A stretch of 64,000 nucleotides of DNA, taken from assembly GCA_000092065.1 (NCBI GenBank), contig CP000582.1, one strand, 5' to 3'. A program made the position numbers and the translations under genes. This DNA comes from Ostreococcus lucimarinus (taxonomy: Eukaryota). Positions 37,934-47,776 of this stretch are shown here, one piece after another. Each line of letters begins with the position of its first letter. The stretch's first letter is position 1. Under the pieces are notes generated by a model. The model was given only the letters and a program-made list of their open reading frames with translations. It ran no database searches and was not told the DNA's origin.

Positions 37934-39712
37934 ATGACGGCGCGGCGCGAGCGCGCGCGCGCGCGGCGACGGCGCCGCGTCGCCCTCATCGCGTGCGCGT
38001 GCGCGCTCGCGGTGATCTGCGCGCGCGCGGTGACGCCGCGACGCGCGCGCGAGCGGCGCGCGGACGCGCGAACGCCGCGAGAACTCACGCTCGCGTCGCA
38101 CGGTGCGTTTCTGGCGCTGGACGTCGAGTCGAAGGCGGCGCGCGTGATACATCGCGGCCGGGGGGTGTATTACGGCACGTTCGAGGACGGATCGTCGTCG
38201 TCGGACGCGGTGTGGGTGGCGTCGAGGCCGGATAACGCGAAGACGCGGACGCGGACGGCGACGCGCGGGGACGCGTTGCTCAGAATAGACGCGAAGCGGG
38301 GGGAGATTTTAGAGGAAAGGGCGATCGATGCGGCGTTCACGCACGACGTCGTGCGACGAGGTGACTCGGTGTTCGTCGCCGACACTGGGAACGGGCGGAT
38401 TTTGGAGTTGGAGTATCCGTCGATGAGGACGCTTCGGGCGGTGGAGTTGTCGGTGAAGGCGCACGTGAATACGCTCGCGCCGGCGGACGCGAGCGAGTAC
38501 GGCGAGCACGCGGTGTGGGCGGTGCTTCATAATTTAGGTCCGAGCGAGGTGGCGTTGATCGACTTGGAAACTGGGCGCGAGTTGCGACCGAGGTTGACCA
38601 GAGTGGGCACGAAGTCGCACGGGTTGGTCATATACGAAGATCGATTCATCATGCTGAACAGTGGAGAGGGGCAATTGATTTCCGTGGACCCGTCGGGTGT
38701 CGAAGATTACGAGATTTTATGGACCGATGATTCGCGGACGTTCATGAAAGGGTTGTGCGTGATCGATGACGTGGCGTTTTTCGGCGTTTCGGCGTTCGGA
38801 AGAAGAGAAGACCGAGGCGATCCAAACAAGTCGAGCGACGTGGTGGCTTTCGATCTCGTTCGTAAGCGCGAGCTCTGGCGACAGACCGTGATGACGCACG
38901 GATTGCTCAACGTCATCGCCGCGCCGCAAATAGAGTCGAGCACTTGGTCGCACGCACATTGGAATGCAAACTCGCCGTCGTTGTACGCCGAATGGATTCC
39001 TCTGGCGGCGAAGCAAACGAACAATTGTGAAGCGACCGATCGGAATTCCTTGCTGTTGACGTACGACGACGTCGATGTACATCTGCTTCGTGATTACATT
39101 CAAGGCCTCCCTCGCGACGTGTTCAAAGAGTCTGGCAAAAACGGAAACGCTTTGTTGGGTGGGAGAGACGGCAACATGCAAAAGTTCAAGCCAAACGTCG
39201 ATGGCATGCTCTTGTTTTTCTCAGATCGAGGTGGCGAACACGTTTTTGAGTTTCCATTTTGGAAACGTCTCGAGCCGTACGTGCAACCTGTGCTGATTGA
39301 TTTGTTCACCGATCAACTCGGCGTCTCGGATCCGTTACGACACGTGATACGGCTACAGCTGGCGGTGATGAATCCTGGTTCTGAAATTTTGCCACACGTG
39401 GATACGGGCGACTGGGCGAGAAGACACCATCGATTTCACGTTCCAATCATAGTCCCGCAAAACGCTGGAGCGGTGGAATTCGTCATGATGCCAGAATCCG
39501 GTCAGGAAATCGCCGTTCCGCTCATCGAAGGTCGTCCATTTGAGATAAACAACGCGGTGACGCATCGAGTACGGAACAGCGCCTCGTCTTGGCGCATCCA
39601 CTTACTCGTCGACTTTAGCGAGCAACCGACGGCGAAGAGGCACGTGCTCAAGCCTGGGGACGTTTGTGACTACGCCAAAATGGGCAGCGGTCGGTGTGTG
39701 GCTGTCACTTAG
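37934..39712 (+). CDS. Membrane-anchored protein with C-terminal aspartyl/asparaginyl beta-hydroxylase-like (cupin, 2OG oxygenase) domain
   Basis: The C-terminus reads ILPHVDTGDWARRHHRFHVPIIVPQNAGAVEFVMMP..IAVPLIEGRPFEINNAVTHRVRNSASSWRIHLLVDF, the AspH-family pattern. The middle part has NHL/beta-propeller-like strings (VFVADTGNGRILELEYP). My best start is ATG 37934 ([30 protein letters not shown], a signal anchor). Alternative ATGs lie at 37814 and 37739. The track start 37532 is GTG. Confidence 0.7.
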   Translation: MTARRERARARRRRRVALIACACALAVICARAVTPRRARERRADARTPRELTLASHGAFLALDVESKAARVIHRGRGVYYGTFEDGSSSSDAVWVASRPDNAKTRTRTATRGDALLRIDAKRGEILEERAIDAAFTHDVVRRGDSVFVADTGNGRILELEYPSMRTLRAVELSVKAHVNTLAPADASEYGEHAVWAVLHNLGPSEVALIDLETGRELRPRLTRVGTKSHGLVIYEDRFIMLNSGEGQLISVDPSGVEDYEILWTDDSRTFMKGLCVIDDVAFFGVSAFGRREDRGDPNKSSDVVAFDLVRKRELWRQTVMTHGLLNVIAAPQIESSTWSHAHWNANSPSLYAEWIPLAAKQTNNCEATDRNSLLLTYDDVDVHLLRDYIQGLPRDVFKESGKNGNALLGGRDGNMQKFKPNVDGMLLFFSDRGGEHVFEFPFWKRLEPYVQPVLIDLFTDQLGVSDPLRHVIRLQLAVMNPGSEILPHVDTGDWARRHHRFHVPIIVPQNAGAVEFVMMPESGQEIAVPLIEGRPFEINNAVTHRVRNSASSWRIHLLVDFSEQPTAKRHVLKPGDVCDYAKMGSGRCVAVT

Positions 39713-39783
39713 CGTGTGAGTAGGTCATCTTAGTCAACTTTGTATTGGTTTGATTACACATTCTTTCTTTCACATTTGCTTTC

Positions 39784-42700
39784 TCACATGATTTTGATCG
39801 CTCGCTCAAATCCAGCCGGCTTCCCCTGACGGCTAGCCGGCCTTCGCGGACCTCTAACTTCGCGCTCGATCCCCAGCGTCGATTCGCAAAAGCCCTCTTT
39901 GGCGATGCGAACCAATTTACTCGATATAACCAACTCGTCGTCGTCCAAGATTTCATACCGCGGCGGGTGGCCGATGTAGAACTTCCATTTTGCGAAGTCC
40001 TCATCCGTCGCTTCGAGCCTCGTCTTGATCCGAGCCTTCACTTCCCCGAGCGTCTCACCTTCACACGTGCGAAGTAACATCGGTTCATCGTAGGCATAGA
40101 ACTGGTTAGGATTGGACAAGTCTTTGGAAATGTTGTACACACGCAAGAGTCTGTCTTCCTCTGACTCGTCATCGGGAACTTCCTCCGCACGAAGCGTCCA
40201 ATATTGGTCGTTGATATCTGCGATATCCTTTTCCTCCTCGAAAACTTTGTAGATTTGCGAGTAGAAAAGTTCAAGCAGACGTAATTTGCGACCGCCGACT
40301 CGAGTACCGAGCCTAGATCTGACCTCTTCGAGGACATCCTTCACCGCTGCGCTCTTCGACAGACGCAGTTGGAATTCTTCAACGAGCTTTGTGTTCAGTC
40401 CATGGAAGAAAACTTTTAGCGTCTTCAATTCCTGGAGTTCGGGCAGCGGCATGTCTAAGACTTCGTAATAGAGCACGTCGCTTTGCTGGTTTTCCAGCAT
40501 TTTTATCAAAGTATCCGCGCCTCTAAATTGGAAGCTTGCACTCTTTGGACCGTTCGTGTACACGTGATGCGCGGTGAAGCGCAATCGAAGAGGATCGTCC
40601 AAACCGATCGCCGAAGCCAAAACATCAGCGACTTGATCGTAACTCATCATTTTCGTCAACTCCAGAGTCACTTTGTCCACCTTAGGGGCCTCCAGCTCTC
40701 TGAAGTGAACGATTTGATGATTGTGTCTGAAGTCCGCATATTGAACCACGTTGGGGAACTTTAGTGAATCTTCCATGTCTTCAGTGATTTCTGGTTGAAT
40801 AAGCAAGATATCACCGTTACCGAGCTGCAACGTCTTGCTACCGTCATCGGGGTCGCTCAACGGATATGTTTTCACTTGTTTGTCCGATAATTGATCAATT
40901 TGAATCTTACTTTCGCGAACGAACGCAATTTCCTCAAACATGAGCGTTGACGCGGTACTGGCAAACCCTGCCATGGATTTGATCTTCGGCATGTAGGTAC
41001 TGAGCGTCTCCTCGGGACTCGCGTAAAGCGTGCCACAGTAACTCAACCGCGCCTCATGCGGATTGTAAAGCTTGACGTGCAACCAAATGTCTCTTTCTGG
41101 GTCACTGTTCGCGAACGCATCATCGTCAAGCTCTTCCAGGTAGAGTCTGAATTCGCCTGATGAAGCATGCTGTGAGTTAGGCACCGTGTATTTCAGCCGT
41201 GTTTTTTCAACCGTCCAGGTCGGTGGGGTATTTGCGTGGTCTGGAAGCGCGGTGGCTGGCCGAGATGTTTTGTTGCGTCGTGGCGAGTAAGTCCAGTACC
41301 GCTGCCTCTCAGCTGGTATTCCGAGCTTCTCGGAAACGAGCTCCCTAAACTTTGTAAATGTCGACTTTTTATGCAGTCGGAACCTTTGCGCGCTCTCAAA
41401 ATTGCCCAGATCAAAAAACTTCTCCGAAGCGATCTGCCGCTCTAAATCTTGCCTGGTCAAAACCTTGATGATGGTGTACAGATGCGCCTCCTTCTTTTCC
41501 TGCGCCTCTTTCTCCTTTGCCTTCTGCTCCTCAGCGAAGCGGGCCTGGAGGTATTCCGTGAGATGAGACTTATTGGCGACGCACATGATTTGATCCATGT
41601 CATCCTCTCGAATGTACACGAGCATGTAGGCGCTACTCACTTTTTGGAACCGCAAGTTCGGCGCCACGCGGACGTTTGTCGAGTCATCGTCTGCATCCAT
41701 ATCGCTATCGACCGCGGCTGCGCCGCCGCTTCCGTACTGTTCCACCACCGACTTTTCTGCGGTTTCTTTCGTCACGTGTTCGTCATCAAACTTGAACCAC
41801 TGCGCATCTTCCGCCTGCAAATTGGGCTTGACAAACGCGTAATAATGTCCACCATTTATCCCCCCGCTGTGTACTAAGACGCTATGAAGCTTATACTTGT
41901 TGCGAACACTCTTGTCGGACTCGGGAACGAGGTACTTACGATCACCCACGTCGAGATCGAGCTCTTCGGGGAACTCATATCTATCATGGATCTTCACCAT
42001 GGTGTCTCGTTGGTAATCGTACTCAAAACGCTTCAGCTGAATCTGCAACACGGGAGGAAAGTCGTGGAACAGCGTGCCTTTGCGAGCGTCTTGCAATCCG
42101 TGTCCCTCGGCGCGATACTTGTTCTCGCCATCAAGTTTTTCAATCTCAGTGTAACGATCAAAGGACGCATAAATATCTTTGCATCCCTTGACGTCTAACT
42201 GAAGATCGAGAAACTCCTCCTTGCGTTCGCTCTTGTAATCAACGTTGATGCACTCGATGAAGTTCGTCGTGTGCCCTTCGAAGAGCTTCTGAATCGTGCC
42301 CTCGACGCACGTTTGTTTCATGGCCTCTTCAAGCTTATCCTGAAGTACACGGTTGAGTTCCTGTACGTCGTGTTGCATGAAGGAATCGTAAGAGTCCCAT
42401 CCAAACGATCGCGTCAAATCCTCCGTGCTCACGTCGCCTTCTTTGGCGTACTGAAGACAGTAGAACACCGATTGTAACGCTAATGGCATCGATGTGTGCG
42501 CCTCTTCCGTTTCGTTCGTAGGCATGTGATAGACCGCGCGACGAAAGGAGGGAATGTGATAGAGCGTCTGCAAGAGCGAGTTCATGTAACACGTCGCCCC
42601 TTGATTCTTCAGACCGATCAGCCCTGTCTCTTTGCGCGAGTCGTATTCGCTATAAAACGCACTCTGCATCGGTCGGTCGACTTCGTGCTCCTCAATCGGC

Positions 42701-43413
42701 GTCACATGCACTCGGAAATTCACACAGCCTTCGGCGTCAACGTAGCCCTTTTCAAAAACGTCTTCGCGCGTGATGAACGACGCGAACCCCCAATCCGCTT
42801 CGCGTCTGTCGAACGTGTGCGACGTTTCCTTCGATTCTACCACCGACGCATCCGTCGGATGAAGCAGCTGCAATTCGAACTTCGCGTGCCTTCTCCACTC
42901 TCTACTCATGTCGTCCTCGATTCGGCGCGGCTTTGTCGCCCCCGTGTCCAAGAACAAGCTCACCTGCGCCGGCGTCTCCGATTTCGAGTTCAAATTACTC
43001 CCGAACGGATACATCGCCAACCGAAAGAGTGTATCTCCGCACTCAAACGTTTGACTCACCACCTTCGCGTCTCGTTTCTTCCATCGCGAGAACTCGGCGC
43101 GCCACGAGAACGTCGTCGGCTCCGCCGTCGAGAACGCCAACTCGCTATCTTCCGAACCGCTCGACATCGATCGATCGTCGTCTTCCGCGTCCGACGCGTT
43201 GCCGTCGTCGGCATCTAACGACCGCATCTCCACTGCTCGCGCGGGCGTCGTTCGTCCGGACGCGTCGTCGTCAGTCGTCGAGGCGGGTGCGGATTCCAGA
43301 TCGATTGCCGTCGCGATTCTCCGTCGGTTTCGTCGCGCGCGAAGCGCGCGCGCCCGATCGAGCGCCCGCGAGCGATGCGCACCGTCTTGCGAGGCGATAT
43401 CATCGCCTGACAT
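39784..43413 (-). CDS. USP7: Ubiquitin carboxyl-terminal hydrolase 7 (USP7/HAUSP, plant UBP12/13-like) with MATH domain
   Basis: ATG at 43413; 1209 aa. MATH region: FSWRAEFSRW..FECGDTLFRLAMYPFG. USP Cys box: GLKNQGATCYMNSLLQTLYH. His box: YKLHSVLVHSGGINGGHYYAFVKP. A long USP7-type UBL-repeat C-terminus follows. Confidence 0.95.
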   Translation of the reverse strand: MSGDDIASQDGAHRSRALDRARALRARRNRRRIATAIDLESAPASTTDDDASGRTTPARAVEMRSLDADDGNASDAEDDDRSMSSGSEDSELAFSTAEPTTFSWRAEFSRWKKRDAKVVSQTFECGDTLFRLAMYPFGSNLNSKSETPAQVSLFLDTGATKPRRIEDDMSREWRRHAKFELQLLHPTDASVVESKETSHTFDRREADWGFASFITREDVFEKGYVDAEGCVNFRVHVTPIEEHEVDRPMQSAFYSEYDSRKETGLIGLKNQGATCYMNSLLQTLYHIPSFRRAVYHMPTNETEEAHTSMPLALQSVFYCLQYAKEGDVSTEDLTRSFGWDSYDSFMQHDVQELNRVLQDKLEEAMKQTCVEGTIQKLFEGHTTNFIECINVDYKSERKEEFLDLQLDVKGCKDIYASFDRYTEIEKLDGENKYRAEGHGLQDARKGTLFHDFPPVLQIQLKRFEYDYQRDTMVKIHDRYEFPEELDLDVGDRKYLVPESDKSVRNKYKLHSVLVHSGGINGGHYYAFVKPNLQAEDAQWFKFDDEHVTKETAEKSVVEQYGSGGAAAVDSDMDADDDSTNVRVAPNLRFQKVSSAYMLVYIREDDMDQIMCVANKSHLTEYLQARFAEEQKAKEKEAQEKKEAHLYTIIKVLTRQDLERQIASEKFFDLGNFESAQRFRLHKKSTFTKFRELVSEKLGIPAERQRYWTYSPRRNKTSRPATALPDHANTPPTWTVEKTRLKYTVPNSQHASSGEFRLYLEELDDDAFANSDPERDIWLHVKLYNPHEARLSYCGTLYASPEETLSTYMPKIKSMAGFASTASTLMFEEIAFVRESKIQIDQLSDKQVKTYPLSDPDDGSKTLQLGNGDILLIQPEITEDMEDSLKFPNVVQYADFRHNHQIVHFRELEAPKVDKVTLELTKMMSYDQVADVLASAIGLDDPLRLRFTAHHVYTNGPKSASFQFRGADTLIKMLENQQSDVLYYEVLDMPLPELQELKTLKVFFHGLNTKLVEEFQLRLSKSAAVKDVLEEVRSRLGTRVGGRKLRLLELFYSQIYKVFEEEKDIADINDQYWTLRAEEVPDDESEEDRLLRVYNISKDLSNPNQFYAYDEPMLLRTCEGETLGEVKARIKTRLEATDEDFAKWKFYIGHPPRYEILDDDELVISSKLVRIAKEGFCESTLGIEREVRGPRRPASRQGKPAGFERAIKIM

Positions 43414-43621
43414 CAGCGCCGGTGAGGCGCGTCACCGTGTGGGGAGGTGGAGAGAGTGCGAGCGGAGATTAGACAGTTGCACTCGGGACGACGGTTGAAC
43501 CGACGGCGAGCGGCGAGCGGCGGATGTTTCATCATTCATTCATGCCTTTGCGACGACGCGTTTCGACGAGCGGTGAGCTAGATGCTAAAGTTGAGGAATC
43601 GTTCGGTGCGCGCGGAGGGCG

Positions 43622-44581
43622 TCATCGCGCGCGCGCGGCGGCGCCGACGCGAGATTTGACGTGCTGCTGCTGCTGCGCTCGAGCCGTCGGGCGGGTGTCC
43701 TCGGGAACGAACGGGTCGCCGATGGCGCCGTGCACGGATCTTCGGAACGCGGGAAACACGACTGGGTCGCGAATTTTGCTCGCGATGAATTTTTCGAGCT
43801 CTGACTTTTCGGGTGAGGACTTTTCGGCGTCGCGAGCGGCTTTGGCGTACGAATCAGCCTTGCGTTTTTCTCGCTTCTGCTGCGAAAGCAGCGGCCCGAG
43901 ATTTCTACCGCCGCCGCCGCCGCCGCCGCCGGTCGAGGAAGTTCCCGACGATTTTCCCGTTCCCGTCCGTTCGCTCAAGTTGGCCGACGCCTTCCCGGCG
44001 TACGTCGCCGAGCTCGTCGCCGATTTCTCGGGCGATTTCTCCGCCGACGATATCGGACGCGGCACTTTCTGTGACTCCTGCGTCGCACCCTCGGTTTTCT
44101 TCCCCTGCTCCTTCCCGAAGCTCTGCGTCTCGTTCTCACTCGCTCGCTTCGCCCCGTTCCCAGCCTTTCGCTCTCGTTTTCGCTCCTACTTCGACAATCT
44201 ACGATGCGCCGAGAAGAAGGCCGTCTTGGGCGAGTGACGAGAGAGCACCTGCCCAAAATTCGTCCCATCGTCCACGCTCAGCCGCTTCCGCTCGCCTCGA
44301 TCGCCGTCATCGTACACCAAACACACGTGGATCTTCTCCTTCAGCGCGTTGTCCCCCGTCTTGGCCAGTTCTTTGGAGAACGCCGCGTTCGATTTATGCG
44401 CCGCCGCCGCGCGCGCCACGTCTCGCAGAAATTGGTTCAACCGCTGTCCGTTGTGCACTCCCACGCGTCCGACGCGCGCGAGCCCACCGGAACCGGCGCG
44501 CGATTTATCCCCACCGCCCTCGCCGCCGTAGAACGATCGCTCGTCCACGCGCAGGTCGAACGGCGTCTTGTACTTTTCCAT
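43622..44581 (-). CDS. Hypothetical K/E/S-rich protein; two collinear in-frame ORFs separated by one TAG (44188..44186), probably join(43622..44185,44249..44581)
   Basis: ATG at 44581 (MEKYKTPFDLRVDERSFYGG...IHVCLVYDDGDRGERKRLSVDDGTNFGQ). The downstream ORF (ERKRERKAGNG...FIASKIRDPVVFPAFRRSVHGAIGDPFVPED..) is in the same frame. It has G/C-rich third codon positions and contains no Met, so it cannot be an independent gene. I recognise no family. Confidence 0.5.
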
Positions 44582-44634
44582 GTCTCGGCGCGCGGCGTTA
44601 GTTGGCGCGCGCGCGGTCCGCAGACCGCGGCGCG

Positions 44635-45447
44635 ATGTCGCGCGCGCCGTCGATCGCCGCGCGGCGGTGCGCGAGCGTCGCGTCGACCGTCCCGACGCGC
44701 GCGCGACGGACGAATCGCGCGCGCGGCGCGGCGGCGTCGAGGAATGCGGACGCCGAGACGAACGCCGAGACGGACGACCGTCGCGACTCTCGACGCGCGT
44801 TTCTCGCGCGGGCGTGCGCGGGGACGGCGTGCGCGCGCGCGTCGTCGTCTCAAGCGTCGGAAGCGCGCGCGCCGAGCGGATACGACGCGCCGACGGTGGC
44901 GCCGAGCGGGTCGACGACGCGCGCGAACGCGTTCGAGTCGTCGCGCGCCGGCGGCGAATCCATCTCGCCGTACGCGTATCGCCTCCGATGGCCGAGCGGA
45001 TGGTGCGCGCTGCGCGACCTCGCGAGCGCGCGAACCGTGGGCGTCGACGCGTCGTTTAAGGATCCGCTGGACGAGGCGAGCACGCTCGCGGTGTTCGTGA
45101 CGCGCGGCGTTCGCGAACGCGACGTCGCGTCGCGATACGGAACGCTCGATGAAGACGCGAGACGACGCGCGGACGCCGCGCCGAATCAAAAAACCATAGG
45201 CAAGAGGACCGTGCGCGTGTCCGTGCCGCGCGGCGACGGCGCCGGTCGCGTCGTCGTCGAGGCGCACGAGATCGAAACCGAAGTCGGCGGCGGCACCGCC
45301 GGCAGGTTCGGCGCCGCCGTCGAGCTCATCCGCGTCTGGGTAGCGGACGGCTCCGAGTGGTGCGTTCGCGCCACGGCGAGTAAATCCGCGTGGCCGCGCG
45401 TTCGCGGCGAGCTTCGTCGCGCCGTCGATAGCTTTGAGTTCGCGTGA
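44635..45447 (+). CDS. PsbP-domain-like thylakoid lumen protein with twin-arginine signal (tentative)
   Basis: The track start 44602 is TTG; the real ATG is at 44635. The presequence is followed by DDRRDSRRAFLARACAGTACA (RR motif plus hydrophobic core). The mature part includes YAYRLRWPSGW...ASFKDP...STLAVFVT, reminiscent of PsbP/PPD proteins. Similarity was judged by eye only. Confidence 0.5.
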   Translation: MSRAPSIAARRCASVASTVPTRARRTNRARGAAASRNADAETNAETDDRRDSRRAFLARACAGTACARASSSQASEARAPSGYDAPTVAPSGSTTRANAFESSRAGGESISPYAYRLRWPSGWCALRDLASARTVGVDASFKDPLDEASTLAVFVTRGVRERDVASRYGTLDEDARRRADAAPNQKTIGKRTVRVSVPRGDGAGRVVVEAHEIETEVGGGTAGRFGAAVELIRVWVADGSEWCVRATASKSAWPRVRGELRRAVDSFEFA

Positions 45448-45677
45448 CCGTCGCGCGGCGTTAGACGTTCGTAGTCGAGAGTCGCGTGACTTTTTGGGGT
45501 GGGTTGAATGACTTGGGCACGCGATTCAACGACGGGTAGGGTCGTTTGCGTTTCTTAGTTTTTATAGTAAAAGTGGTGACTTGGGCGTCGGTAGATCCAA
45601 ATCCGCGCGCGCGCGGAGACGCCGCGGAGACGCCGCGGGGACGCTCGAATTCCGCAATCATCACACCCCGACGCGCG

Positions 45678-46238
45678 ATGCCGACGTCGGCGACGCCCTA
45701 CCCCGACCCTCCCGCGTTCTTCACGCTTTACGGCGCGCCCGACGTCGTCCCTCCGGCGCCGCCGACGCCTCCCACGAACGCGGCGTACGCATCTTTCGGC
45801 GCCAATCATCACACCGCGCCCTGGCACGACCCCGACCACGGGTACGCCGCGTCCGGTGGGTTCGTCTACCCGATCTGCGTCGACGAGCGCGGGAAAACGG
45901 ACGCGCGAGAGGAGATGTGCGCGCTGACGCGACACGCGACGGCGAGGTTCGTGGAGGCGATGGAGAGGTGCGTGGACGCGCCGACGCGCGCGGAGGAGGC
46001 GACGGGGGCGCTGCACGCGCTGTTCAACAACGCGCATAAATTGATCAACGAAACGATACGACCGAGTCAAGCGATGACGGATTTTGAGTATCAGATAGAA
46101 CGGATGATTGAGGAGAAACGAACGAGCGTGGAGGCGCTGGAACGGGCGCTGGAACGGGCGAAAGCGGTCAAGGCGAACGCGGCCGAGGCGAGCGAGGATT
46201 TGGGAGTCGAGGCGCTGAAGAGAGCGCTGGAGGGGTAG
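45678..46238 (+). CDS. MED7: Mediator of RNA polymerase II transcription subunit 7
   Basis: The real ATG at 45678 gives MPTSATPYPDPPAFFTLYG. The MED7 hallmark LFNNAHKLINETIRPSQAMTDFEYQIERMIEEKR matches the pattern ..H.LINEYRPHQAR.... Confidence 0.8.
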   Translation: MPTSATPYPDPPAFFTLYGAPDVVPPAPPTPPTNAAYASFGANHHTAPWHDPDHGYAASGGFVYPICVDERGKTDAREEMCALTRHATARFVEAMERCVDAPTRAEEATGALHALFNNAHKLINETIRPSQAMTDFEYQIERMIEEKRTSVEALERALERAKAVKANAAEASEDLGVEALKRALEG

Positions 46239-46303
46239 ATGCATAGATAGATAGAATTACAACGCAATGCGCGAGTGATGATGATACATCGTGTCGGTGA
46301 CGA

Positions 46304-47611
46304 TCACGTCCACGGGTAGAAATTGGCGAAGAGCGCGGCGCCGACGAGGGCGTAGGAGACGTGGTACGTCGCGATGAAGCGTCTCCACGCTTTGCTGTGG
46401 CGACCGAGGTGGGCCAGACCCCAATACATCGCCGGCGAGGTGCTCAAAAATCGCGTGGCGACTTGCACGTGCATGTACGTCGCCGCTATGACGGTCATCA
46501 CCCCGAGTTTGACGAAGTACGCGCCGACGAAGAAGCGCTGCTCCTCCTTGACGAAGACGCGCGCGTCTCGCGACCAAGCAAAGCGCTTCGTGAGGTAAAA
46601 CCCGAGCGCGATGGCGGGCGCGCCGAGCAAGACGTTCCCGAGGTTTCGCGCGCGATAGGACGACATGAAGCCTAGATTCCAGTAATGCCTCTGAATGAAA
46701 GAATACATCCCGCTCGGAACGTATCCGTACAGGTTGCGCCACGACTTTGGGCGACAATACGGTCGCTCCGCGCCGTCGAATACGGCGCCGTTGCAATATC
46801 GCATGTCCCCGAACTGAGCGAACGCGTAGTGCGGCGCGACGGTCAGCGCGATCGCGATCATCGCTCGCTTCAAGTGTCGCGCCGCGCGACGATGGCGCGT
46901 CTCGTCGTTCGCGTCGCGCAGTAAACGAAACATCTCTCGCCCGGCGTGTCCGAGCAACAAGACGACGCACAGCACCCCGTTCGAGCGGAACATCGTCGCG
47001 ACGCCGAACAACACGCCGCTGTGCAGCACCTTATTTTCTTGCAACAGCGACCCCGCGGCGAACTGCGCGTACGCGAATCCCGCCTCGGCGTACGCGCTTC
47101 CGTAAAACACATTCGCCGGATTCATCGCGTACAGCGTCGCCGCGGCTTCCGCCAGCGCCTCATCCCTCAGCAACTGCGTCGACAGCGCGTACATCGCCTC
47201 CACGCTCCGCGCGAACGCGTACGCGTTAATCGCCACCGCCGCCGCGCCCGCCGCGCACTCCTCCCGCGCGTCGTCCCGCGTCGTCCTCGCCCCCGCCAGC
47301 CTCGCCGCGCGTCCCACCGCGGCCGTCGTCGCCCGCGTCGCCATCGCGAGCCCCGGATAAAACGCGTGCTGATGCTCGAACTCGTACCCTCGCACCGCGA
47401 TCCCGACGTGATGTTCGCCGTCCCACGACGTCGCCGCGCGCACGCCCTCGCACGCGACGTCCGCGAGTCCGCCTCGCCGCGTCGCGTCGCGTCGCGTCGT
47501 CGACGCGCGCGCGAGCCCTCGCGAGGCGTCGTACGCCGGCATCGCGAGCCGCGTCGCGAGCACGACGCACAGCGCGACCGCGCGCGTCCGCGCGCCGCGT
47601 CGAAACATCAT
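46304..47611 (-). CDS. PIGV: GPI mannosyltransferase 2 (PIG-V/Gpi18)
   Basis: Multi-pass membrane protein with PIG-V-like blocks (WDGEHHVGIAVRGYEFEHQHAFYPGL, NPANVFYGSAYAEAGF, YWNLGFMSSY). The start is uncertain: ATG 47611 (MMFRRGARTRAVALCVVLA, immediately before TM1) is my preference. ATGs at 47731 and 47767 are also in frame. The track start 47890 is GTG. Confidence 0.8.
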   Translation of the reverse strand: MMFRRGARTRAVALCVVLATRLAMPAYDASRGLARASTTRRDATRRGGLADVACEGVRAATSWDGEHHVGIAVRGYEFEHQHAFYPGLAMATRATTAAVGRAARLAGARTTRDDAREECAAGAAAVAINAYAFARSVEAMYALSTQLLRDEALAEAAATLYAMNPANVFYGSAYAEAGFAYAQFAAGSLLQENKVLHSGVLFGVATMFRSNGVLCVVLLLGHAGREMFRLLRDANDETRHRRAARHLKRAMIAIALTVAPHYAFAQFGDMRYCNGAVFDGAERPYCRPKSWRNLYGYVPSGMYSFIQRHYWNLGFMSSYRARNLGNVLLGAPAIALGFYLTKRFAWSRDARVFVKEEQRFFVGAYFVKLGVMTVIAATYMHVQVATRFLSTSPAMYWGLAHLGRHSKAWRRFIATYHVSYALVGAALFANFYPWT

Positions 47612-47776
47612 CGCCCGCGTCGTCGTCGTCGTCGCGCCGCCGTCGCGCCGTCGCGAGGCGTCGCGCAGGAACGTCCCGAACGCCGCGCGCGTCGCGCGCC
47701 CGTCGGTCGCGCCGTCGCCGTCGCGCGGCATCGCGGCGCGCCCGCGCGTCACTCTGCGGCGACGCATCGACCGACG

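Noticed and set aside
44186-44188. Selenocysteine or other standard recoding as an explanation for the two in-frame stops (44188..44186 and 63111..63109).
   Set aside because: The stops are TAG and TAA, not TGA. No SECIS-like structure was evident, and neither protein family is a known selenoprotein. Splicing, readthrough or error remain the open explanations.
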